64,000 bases of DNA from Babesia bigemina. Lineage: Eukaryota. Where the stretch lies: positions 3,038,001 to 3,102,000 of the forward strand of contig NC_027218.1 of NCBI RefSeq assembly GCF_000981445.1, in the 5' to 3' direction. Position 1 is the stretch's first letter. Each line of letters begins with the position of its first letter. The position numbers were made by a program, and so were the translations under genes. The notes beneath the pieces were generated by a model that saw nothing but the letters and a program-made list of their open reading frames with translations, had not been told where the DNA came from and did no database searches. Positions 55,491 to 64,000 of this stretch are shown piece after piece.

Positions 55491-58400
55491 ATGGCGCCGC
55501 AATTCAAAAAGCTGACCGACTGCCCTGAAAATTTAAGGGAGTCCATTGACTGGCTGATCCAGGTTAAGAGTGGCGGCGGTCTTGATGATTTGTGTAACGC
55601 TTTGAAAATATTGATTAGGGATGCAATTGAGAGTGCTAAAGCAAGCCTAAAGGGTACAGATGAAGATGGCTTCACAAGCTGTAAAAAGTGTTCTAAAAAG
55701 ATTTCTCCAAAACTTTTAGATCCTGCTGACTCTTGTGTCTGTCCTGAACATAAGCAGGTTGAAGACCTTGAAAAACAACTCAAAGAATTCATTGGTCAAC
55801 AAGAAGGTGATTATAACATCAACGAAATCTTGGAAAATTTGTGCACTTGCCTCGAAACCTTCCTCGGCTTCAACTCTGAGTCAAAAGGCTACGATGGCGA
55901 AGGCATTGTGTACTCCGACTTGGACAGGCTTTGCGACGCGGTGATGGCGTTTTTGTACGGTGTTCTCAGTAACATCCAAAGCCATTTAGGGCAGCATAAT
56001 GGACAAATTACAGATGCAATTACGCTTCTTAAGCAAAATAAACACCTTGGTAAAAACGGTTTTAATGATGCGATTGAAAAGGTGGTCGCAGGAGTGCGGG
56101 GGTATAATGAGAAGGTGAAGAGGTCAAATGGAAATGTCAGAAGTATAACAAGCAAGCTACTCCAATACGTCACACATGGCGGTGATTTTAATAGAGATTT
56201 CAATGGAATTCGCGTAGATGATGTTGCTGGATCCCCGGAAGTTAAGGATGCCCAGGTCACTAAGGTTGAGAAGTTAGTTAAGGAATGCAGACAAAATGCC
56301 AGAGAATTCGGCAAAAATATTAGAAGAGCAGACAAAGATGTTGCCGATTTGAATCCTCAATTACGTCAAAATATTGAGCGTGTAAAAATTAATATTGCGC
56401 ATGAAAGTAAGAAGCTCGAAGATATCCACGCAAAGCAGCAGAGAGGTTTGGAGGCCACAGAGAAAATTATTAAGGAGACTCTTCACGGACTTAATTGCAA
56501 TGTGAATGAAAAAATTAAGATAGATGTGGAGAAACTTGTCGCCGACTTGAAGGAGAAAATTTCGGTTATTCTGAAGAATCTCGAGAGCATCAATGAAAAA
56601 CTTAAGGAATGCATTAATGATCTCACGGATTGGATAACGAAGGCGGACAGTGTTGTAGAAGAATCTTACAAACTGGTTCAGGAAATATTAAATGCGCTTA
56701 AGGATGACAATTCGAATACTAATCCTTATAAAATACAAGATGTTGCCGAGAAGCTGAAGGTTGAGGCCGGTGTGCTGCACGGACAGTTTGACATGGCTAA
56801 GTCTGAATACGAAAAGCTTTTTAACCTCATTAAAGGGAAGGATGGAGATGGTGAAGATGAAGACTGCGTGATTAAAAAGCTTAATGAGGTTCATATGAAT
56901 GTTGAGAAATTGGTGCCGGAACGGGATTTGATTTCGTTTAATACGCTTGACGGCGATTGGGGTTTGAAAAACCAGATTAATCCACTCATTCAGAAGATTA
57001 AAGATAATGTTAAGGAATACCTGGAATCGTTGAGGGCTGCGTTGAAGGAGGGGATAGCGGTGATCGGCCGACAGTATGGTAGTGGTGGTGCTGTTATCCC
57101 AGGTAGTAATCCCGCTGTTGAAGCACTGGTTTCAAAGATGGGACAAAGTACTGAGTTAAAACCGTTGGGGGGCCGGCTTGAGACCGTGAGAGACGACAAA
57201 AGTGGCCAAGGATTTGCCCTTGAAAAGGCATTAAAGCACCTTCACGACGCGAAGGAAGAATTAACACCATCGACGAATTTGCTCGAACATATGTACGAAA
57301 ATCTTAAATCCTCATTGCAGGATAAGGCTGTAGCCGTAGACAGTGAGCTCTGCAACCTAATCTATGGTGCCTGCATTAACGGCATCAGTGAGCTTCAGGA
57401 GGCAGTCACTGCAATCGTGAATGAAAAACTTGAGCCTCTTAAAGACGAAGTCAGTAAGTTTATTAAGCAAGCCGAGGAATCTAAACAGGGCGTGATAGAT
57501 TATGCTCAAAATGTAACCAAACACCTACGTGCGCTATCTGATGATATTATGAAAGCGCTAACGACGGATGACGAAAAGGAAGTGAACGACAGGCTCAGAG
57601 GCAGACTGAACGACCTAAAACAGAAGATATCGAAAGACAAGCCTAATATAACCGACAGCCTTCAAGATCTACAGCGTAGACTAGACAAACTTCACGGCGA
57701 CGTGAAGGCCGGGCCCATCACCAAACTCAAGCATCTCCTGAATACATACGCCGACCACGTGCGTGACAAATACGTGAAGCAGACTCAAGAGCAGGTCAAT
57801 CAACAAGTGAAACGTGCAGTGTACACGATCACGCAGCAAGCTCGTAAGCAGTACGTCTCTTTCGTCAGCGACATGTTGACACTCTTCTCCACAAAGGTCG
57901 CCGAGGAGCTTACTGGGCTGCCACAGGAGATGGATCACGAGCTGGTCATCGGCTTCCACGGATTCATGCACAGGTTTGAATACACTTTTAATCCAAATTT
58001 TAGCGGTTATGCCGCCAATCCACCGGAGACTCTCCACGATTTGTCGTCGAAGTTCAGCCATAGTATCAACTATTTCGTCCAAGAGCTGAAAACACAGACC
58101 AATTTAGACGCAGACGTTGCACGTCTCTCGTCGCCATTTTCTGCTGTATCCAGATTATTCAATGACCTTAACACATCTCACCACTTCGATCACACATTCA
58201 GCCAGAACATTAGTGACCTCATTAGCAAACTGGAGCATTGCGCGCCTAAACAGTTCGGCGATCCGTCCAATGCGATGCTAGATGTTCTCAAGTTCGGCCT
58301 CCACGGTCTGGCAAGGGAGCTGTCCAAGGCATACGTATCCGTCTACGACGGCGCCCATCCCATAAATCAGTGGGTCGATGAGAAACGCGTATTGACTACT

Positions 58401-60632
58401 GAAGGAAAACATGGCGCCAAGGTTTGCATTACCATACTGGAGATGCTGTTTAAGGATTTGAATGATTTGCGGAATAAGTGTAAGGAAGGCAGTGAATGCA
58501 AATACAAAACCATATGTGCAAGAAACGGAACCGTAGAAAATCCACTGGGTGCCTTTTTAGGACGTTGCGGATATATCGTTTCCGAAGAGGACAAACAAAA
58601 TGGTGAGCTGCGCTATAAGAACGATTTCACGGGCCAGCATATCCGTAAAGATCTTCTAACCAAAATACATGGTATAGGTGATGCACAATATAAACTTGTC
58701 AGCGACGATGACGAGAAGGAAGAAATAAAGGTAGACGGTGAAGAGAGAGTAATTACTGCCAATCCACCAGATCATGGCGTACTTAGAACACTTCTCGGAT
58801 ACCTCCACGATTATTACCGTGTTTGTCACTACGCCAGTTCAGGATCAAAGAAGTCGCCGCGTAATATATATGATATGCTGATATGGCTTAGTGGCCTACC
58901 ACATAATCCCGTATACCACGAATTAACATTCAGCAGCTTTGATGAGCTATTTGATAAATCAGAGGAAAAAAACGTCAATGTCGACGGTACCGTTCTCTCG
59001 TTGGCATATATAGACGACGTGTCATTCGTAGCGTATCCTGAAACTATGAAAGTTTCACAACTAACATCGGCACTTGGTGACGTATGTTCAAAGTCCCACT
59101 CAGTCCTCACAGCCATAGTTGGTCATGGCCACTCGGACGGTGTCTACGCTTGCGACTATAACACGAATGAATCCAAACTACAGTATCCTAGCTCTGCCAG
59201 TGCCTGCTTTGACATGCTAGTAGATATATTGTACAGGGTGTATCATCAATTGAATTTCTTATATAATCAATGCTGCGACACAACAGATGTCAGCGGTTGG
59301 CGTAATTGCTGGTATGGTAACGCAATAGGCGGCTCGTCATGGAAGTGCAACAAGTTACAATGCCCTGACCAACTGGGTAATCCAACGTGTAATCCAACGT
59401 GCAGGCAACACCCTAATTGCGGCATTAAATCACCCTTGCAATCCTTCTTAGAAGACGGACTGCCAGGGTTCCTTCCTCACCAATTCGAGAAACCAGGTTG
59501 CAAGCTGGAGTGCACTGTATCCAACCACAGAGGATTACCGTGTAAGACTCCGATGGGCTTCTCAGATATTGCCACTACGGCATCGCATAGGCAGAGCGGT
59601 CGGTATTTGTGCACTGTCCTTGCTGATTTCTGTGGAGGGAAAGATTCATGCCTCACTGAAATTTGCAGTTCGTTGATTTGTCTTTTGAATAGGCCGCCGC
59701 AGACACTTGACGAGATGTTTGCGTTTTACTACCATCTGCTGAATGAGTGGAATAGCAAAAGCGGAGCCCATGAGGCAGCTAAGAAGCATAAGAAATACGC
59801 TTTTGAGGTTGCTGTCAAAAAAGCTTCTTTCGGTTTCTACGATCACCTTGACAACACTACCATATTCAAATCTATAAATCACGAAGCTCATACTAAAGGT
59901 GATCTGTTCAGTCTTGTTTGCAGCAATATGGCAGACGTTAAATGCGGTAAATATATCAAACCTCTTAGCCACAACATATGGACGGTTTTCTCACAAAAGC
60001 ATGCCTCACGTTATCTCTCGTGGGTCGTCTACTTGACGGAAACGTTTCATAATTTGCTTGATCGACTGTTGAATGAATGCATCGCTACATGTGGTGAAGG
60101 CAACAAATGTTATGTCAAGTGTTGTGCTGCAACATGCCCAGTCAAATCCGCTTACGCATCCAAGACGCCTATTATTGGTCTCATCGATAAACATCACACT
60201 CAGGATTGCAAATCGATAACTCACTGCCCATCCACTCGTCCTACATTATCTAAATACGGTTTAGTTTTCAGGAGTCCGTATGATTTAAGTGGAATTAACA
60301 ACGTCGAATCGAAGCGGACATGTAGAGATTTTTGTTACGCATTGGAAACAGTTTTGAACAAAGAGGTGCATCTCGAACGTGCTCTTGCCAAATTTGTATT
60401 CGAAACCATCCCAGAGTTCTTATTCAGAATACGTGAACCCTTCATCTGGACAGTCGTGGCTCTCTGGTCGATGTCTCTGCTCTACCTGTTTTACGTCTCG
60501 ATCGGACGCCTAGACACGCTACACATCCGCTCCCACCTGAGATCACTTTCAAGTCACAAGATAGCCGCCCAGTCACTTCTCGCCGCCGCTCGTGTCGGCA
60601 AGCTCAGCAAGATATCGTACCTGCAAGCCTAA
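55491..60632 (+). CDS. Variant erythrocyte surface antigen 1, beta-type (ves1b-like), full length
   Basis: KKLTDCPENLRESIDWL, GIVYSDLDRLCDAVM, a long coiled-coil, SPLQSFLED and CKTPMGF. TM PFIWTVVALWSMSLLYLFYV and tail RLDTLHIRSHLR..HKIAAQSLL are typical of Babesia VESA1. Confidence 0.88.
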   Translation: MAPQFKKLTDCPENLRESIDWLIQVKSGGGLDDLCNALKILIRDAIESAKASLKGTDEDGFTSCKKCSKKISPKLLDPADSCVCPEHKQVEDLEKQLKEFIGQQEGDYNINEILENLCTCLETFLGFNSESKGYDGEGIVYSDLDRLCDAVMAFLYGVLSNIQSHLGQHNGQITDAITLLKQNKHLGKNGFNDAIEKVVAGVRGYNEKVKRSNGNVRSITSKLLQYVTHGGDFNRDFNGIRVDDVAGSPEVKDAQVTKVEKLVKECRQNAREFGKNIRRADKDVADLNPQLRQNIERVKINIAHESKKLEDIHAKQQRGLEATEKIIKETLHGLNCNVNEKIKIDVEKLVADLKEKISVILKNLESINEKLKECINDLTDWITKADSVVEESYKLVQEILNALKDDNSNTNPYKIQDVAEKLKVEAGVLHGQFDMAKSEYEKLFNLIKGKDGDGEDEDCVIKKLNEVHMNVEKLVPERDLISFNTLDGDWGLKNQINPLIQKIKDNVKEYLESLRAALKEGIAVIGRQYGSGGAVIPGSNPAVEALVSKMGQSTELKPLGGRLETVRDDKSGQGFALEKALKHLHDAKEELTPSTNLLEHMYENLKSSLQDKAVAVDSELCNLIYGACINGISELQEAVTAIVNEKLEPLKDEVSKFIKQAEESKQGVIDYAQNVTKHLRALSDDIMKALTTDDEKEVNDRLRGRLNDLKQKISKDKPNITDSLQDLQRRLDKLHGDVKAGPITKLKHLLNTYADHVRDKYVKQTQEQVNQQVKRAVYTITQQARKQYVSFVSDMLTLFSTKVAEELTGLPQEMDHELVIGFHGFMHRFEYTFNPNFSGYAANPPETLHDLSSKFSHSINYFVQELKTQTNLDADVARLSSPFSAVSRLFNDLNTSHHFDHTFSQNISDLISKLEHCAPKQFGDPSNAMLDVLKFGLHGLARELSKAYVSVYDGAHPINQWVDEKRVLTTEGKHGAKVCITILEMLFKDLNDLRNKCKEGSECKYKTICARNGTVENPLGAFLGRCGYIVSEEDKQNGELRYKNDFTGQHIRKDLLTKIHGIGDAQYKLVSDDDEKEEIKVDGEERVITANPPDHGVLRTLLGYLHDYYRVCHYASSGSKKSPRNIYDMLIWLSGLPHNPVYHELTFSSFDELFDKSEEKNVNVDGTVLSLAYIDDVSFVAYPETMKVSQLTSALGDVCSKSHSVLTAIVGHGHSDGVYACDYNTNESKLQYPSSASACFDMLVDILYRVYHQLNFLYNQCCDTTDVSGWRNCWYGNAIGGSSWKCNKLQCPDQLGNPTCNPTCRQHPNCGIKSPLQSFLEDGLPGFLPHQFEKPGCKLECTVSNHRGLPCKTPMGFSDIATTASHRQSGRYLCTVLADFCGGKDSCLTEICSSLICLLNRPPQTLDEMFAFYYHLLNEWNSKSGAHEAAKKHKKYAFEVAVKKASFGFYDHLDNTTIFKSINHEAHTKGDLFSLVCSNMADVKCGKYIKPLSHNIWTVFSQKHASRYLSWVVYLTETFHNLLDRLLNECIATCGEGNKCYVKCCAATCPVKSAYASKTPIIGLIDKHHTQDCKSITHCPSTRPTLSKYGLVFRSPYDLSGINNVESKRTCRDFCYALETVLNKEVHLERALAKFVFETIPEFLFRIREPFIWTVVALWSMSLLYLFYVSIGRLDTLHIRSHLRSLSSHKIAAQSLLAAARVGKLSKISYLQA

Positions 60633-61815
60633 TCGCACTTTCATATGCGACATTAATTGCTGCTTTATCGCCATTCACCACGTTCACAGTACTCACAACT
60701 ACAAATATGCCACAACCTAGCTCACCCAGCCACCTAACCAACAACCCACCGCCTAATGTAATAACTAATCAGCAAATTGGTGGACAGTGTAGTTGATGCA
60801 TTGCGTTGTTAATTGCTAGTTGAACTGCGTTACTAGTGATACGTGGTTGCGTAATCCTATTGCAACTGGATTGTGAAGCCCGGTGAGTGGTTATCCGGGT
60901 AACCCATTAGTGACTGCCTCCAGCTGAGGCTCTGATTCACGGGTTAGATAAATGGGTATAATGTTTGTGATGATGTGGATTGTGTTAAGATCATAGACAT
61001 CTCTATACTAGGTGACATGGCATTTTCCGGCGTGATGCCCGAGGGATGACATATCTGCCTAGCATCACAGGCGGCCTCGTGGCAATGACTAACAAAACAA
61101 TGATCTGGTGTATATCACTTAAACAGTTGTTGTCGCACCTTCGTCAAGCCCATGGTGGCACGTGGTTGGGTGATGTGGCTTACGGTGGGTGGCGTTGCGG
61201 CCGGGCAACTCAAATACTAGTTGACCGAATACACTCCGACTAAAATAAAATTTTAATTATTCTTATGAAAGCGTTTCTTCTGTGGTGCGAGGCGCGCGGT
61301 TGTCGTGTCACTGCCGGTACGTTTTTTTGTCGGCCGACAGAAAGGTGACGGAACACCGAGGGGAGGGTGCTTGGCGGGATCGGGATAAAAGGTTAGGGGA
61401 CTTACCCCTTCTTCGATCCTGCATCCAGATATGGTTACTGCTATCGTACGTTATACGTGCTGCTACACCGTTCTGACTCCGGTTATTCTGGATTCCCGGG
61501 TTGGCTGCCTGACTCACTCCGGGTAGGTGGGATGTTTGCCTGAGTTCACCGTTCTTCCACGTGTTTCGAAGGGTTGAGTAGACAAATAAATGTCTTCGTT
61601 TACGGCATTTGTAGTGGTTGGTTTAAGTTTGACGATGCTGATTGCAGCATTTTTGCTCATCCCACTTTGCCGTCTGGCTATACTGTCAATGAGTGGACGT
61701 AGTGAGTGGTCAGGGTAGGGATTTCGTATGTTAAGTCGCTTCCAGCTGACATGGCATGGGGTTTGTCCCTGTTGTTTTGTGAGAGTGGGTTGGTGGATAA
61801 TTGGAAGTGGACAGG

Positions 61816-64000
61816 ATGGTGAAGATAACAAGCAGGATTCCTAATCTTAACAACCTTAAGCAGTGTGTAAAGTTCCTGGAGTGGTTGAAAAATAACGAAA
61901 GTGTGCAATCCCAGGTGACTGCAGAATTGGTGAAACGTCTAGCGCTCTATTATGATTCGAAGACTCAAAACGAAGAGAGCATTAAAACCGCACTATCCTC
62001 TTTCCTTCACGAAGTGTCACATTTCTATGAAAAACTGTGCAAAAATGCGAAGCCTACTAATTATATGGCGAATACACCTAATGTGGTATTATATACGCTA
62101 CTCGCTTGCATTCCCAAACTGCTCTCCGTAGTTCACTTTTTGTGGTACAATGTGGATGGGAAGTTCAAAAACGCTGGTGGAGGGGATTGGGCAAACGAGC
62201 CAGTCGGACAGCTAACATCTGGTGTGAGTAAAATTGATAGATATCTCATTGAAATGTCCTTCGATAAGTACGGTGTCATTCCTGGTGCATTCAAGAAGGA
62301 CGAGGTGCGAGGAGCTCATGAGAATGGTTATGCCAATGGTTCGGTTATTGCTTCAAACATTCCGAAATTATTGACCCATTTACATGAGAATTTCTTTAGT
62401 GATGTGTTTGTAACATCGGCTTTGACCACTGCTGGCGCCCAGCCGTCCAACACGGCGAACGCCCTTGCATTGCTCAAACTCTTTTGCGAGATCGTGGACG
62501 CTGATACAAATAACGAAGTTCAACAAGCTCTGGATGGAGACTTCGACAAAGATGGGTATTGTATTGAGTGGAGGGAATTAAAAGAGCATTGCTCCACACT
62601 TAAAATATCGCTTGAAAATGTTTTCAATGCTCATGTCCTCTCATACACTGGTCATACGCCGAAAGCTGGAGACCTCAATACGGAAAAGTTTGCTAAGAAG
62701 ATGGTTAGGTGGCTTAGAGATAATTTGGATAAAGTGGGGGGAAGTTTGAAAAACATTAAGACAGATCGCTATACAGGTGCTAGTGATTATTTCACCAAGC
62801 ATTTTTTCCCTTATGGTTTTATATTTGATGACCAGAACATAGGTACGGAGATCAATGCGTCTGAGGTTCTGAAAGAGAATTGGGACAGGGTAATAGGGGA
62901 GATCAGTAGATACGGTGATGGTCTGGATAAGATGGTAAAAATTCTGAAAGGCATCCGATGTGATCCTACCCATAACCATGTCAAGACGGCAGACCTTGAA
63001 GCAGATGACGAGGAGGATGAGGTTGTGATAGAGGAGTTAGATGTGAGTGATGATCTTGGAGTTGAGGGAACTCCAAACCAAGGCAAGAAAGCGGAGGGAG
63101 CACAGAACCAGGGCAAGAAAGCGGAGGGAGCACAGAACCAGGGCAAGAAAGCGGAGGGAGCACAGAACCAGGGCAAGAAAGCGGAGGGATCTTCAAACCA
63201 AAATAATGATCAAAGTGAACAAAATCCTGAAAGCTCACAAGTATTATATGGTTCTTCCGTTCCTCCTGAAGATGGTAAAAATCATGGCCCCGCTGGTTCT
63301 CCGGGTGACGCAGGCAAAAGTGCACAGGGCAGTGGTCCTCCAGTTCAACCGCCTGCTCTACCTCAAGGTTTAGGGCTCAATCAACCTCCAGGCTCCTCGT
63401 CACCTGAAGCCTCTGATACCGATAGTGCTCCAGGCGCACCGGGGCCTAAAGGTGATCCAGGTCAGACAGGGCCTACTGGTCCGGTTGCTTCTGCGTCTTC
63501 TCAAGTTCCAGATGGACAGGGGATACAAGCACCTCAGTCTACAGATCTATCCCTGTCAGTGCCTTCTCCAACCCCTCTCGCTAGTCCTGGAAGCCCTAAG
63601 CTCACTGCTCAAACTGGGGTGCTAGGTGCTGAGTCGCAGGATAATGCTTCGTTAGGCACACAGATTACAGGATCTCCACACGCTGTGCGCACTCAGGCGG
63701 CAAATGTTTCGAGCCCGCGATCTGCTGCATCTGGTAGCCTTGATCCCGGTAGTGGTCAAGCGACTCAGGATCCCCCTGATGTCGAAGTTGAAATTGTAAT
63801 GCCTTCATTGATAGATAATGGGGGCGGCTACCAACCAAGCGGAAACGGGTTTAGGGGTAATGATATTGACGGATTTGAAGATCCCAACGCCATTAATCTT
63901 CTGAAAGATTCTAATAATCATCGCGACACATTTGGAAAGGCAGACGCAGAATCCGACATTTCCTCTTATCTCGCTAAGTTACAAGAAACTTCAAAAGAAT
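61816..64000 (+). CDS. ves1a-like protein, paralog of the 11433 gene; 5' part only, open to the window end
   Basis: ATG at 61816 in gtggacaggATGG context (gtggacaagATGG at 11433). NLKQCVKFLEWL, FLHEVSHFYEKLC, GGGDW, YGVIPG, HFFPYGFIF and GDGLDKMVKIL align with the 11433 protein. It is absent from the ORF track because there is no stop. Confidence 0.85.
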   Translation, partial: MVKITSRIPNLNNLKQCVKFLEWLKNNESVQSQVTAELVKRLALYYDSKTQNEESIKTALSSFLHEVSHFYEKLCKNAKPTNYMANTPNVVLYTLLACIPKLLSVVHFLWYNVDGKFKNAGGGDWANEPVGQLTSGVSKIDRYLIEMSFDKYGVIPGAFKKDEVRGAHENGYANGSVIASNIPKLLTHLHENFFSDVFVTSALTTAGAQPSNTANALALLKLFCEIVDADTNNEVQQALDGDFDKDGYCIEWRELKEHCSTLKISLENVFNAHVLSYTGHTPKAGDLNTEKFAKKMVRWLRDNLDKVGGSLKNIKTDRYTGASDYFTKHFFPYGFIFDDQNIGTEINASEVLKENWDRVIGEISRYGDGLDKMVKILKGIRCDPTHNHVKTADLEADDEEDEVVIEELDVSDDLGVEGTPNQGKKAEGAQNQGKKAEGAQNQGKKAEGAQNQGKKAEGSSNQNNDQSEQNPESSQVLYGSSVPPEDGKNHGPAGSPGDAGKSAQGSGPPVQPPALPQGLGLNQPPGSSSPEASDTDSAPGAPGPKGDPGQTGPTGPVASASSQVPDGQGIQAPQSTDLSLSVPSPTPLASPGSPKLTAQTGVLGAESQDNASLGTQITGSPHAVRTQAANVSSPRSAASGSLDPGSGQATQDPPDVEVEIVMPSLIDNGGGYQPSGNGFRGNDIDGFEDPNAINLLKDSNNHRDTFGKADAESDISSYLAKLQETSKE
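63076..63189 (+). repeat. 30-bp coding repeat, about 3.8 copies (AQNQGKKAEG)
   Basis: Three perfect units gcacagaaccagggcaagaaagcggaggga at 63100-63189 plus a partial unit from 63076. Confidence 0.97.

Noticed and set aside
63076..63189. 30-bp and 48-bp direct repeats considered as CRISPR-like arrays
   Set aside because: Contiguous in-frame coding repeats with no spacers and no cas genes; eukaryotic genome.

Overview
Eukaryotic, intron-containing DNA from an apicomplexan piroplasm, most consistent with Babesia sensu stricto (B. bigemina/B. ovata-like). This rests on short GT-AG introns of mostly 34-44 nt, GAPM3, apicoplast-type PPR/ClpC genes and ves-family genes. Housekeeping blocks lie at 1-3.9 kb (Cfr-like radical SAM methyltransferase, GAPM3) and 27.6-53.5 kb (SET1-like methyltransferase, DMT transporter, CIA2/MIP18, PPR, ClpC, VPS29). 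Two variant-surface-gene islands alternate with them. The 4.3-27.3 kb island holds a ves2-like gene, a truncated ves1a-like gene, small Cys-rich TM genes, a GPI-type protein and a 6-Cys-like protein. The 54-64 kb island holds a ves1b-like gene and a partial ves1a-like gene. Highlights: (i) a cassette family of small 18-Cys single-TM proteins with hypervariable N-termini, near-identical C-termini in two copies and G-quadruplex-type motifs at the start codon; (ii) a 172-bp near-identical inverted repeat pair bracketing the left island; (iii) an 8-exon Cfr-like gene; (iv) a 30-bp coding module shared by two diverged ves1a-like genes. Family assignments are from recall of sequence motifs; no database search was run.
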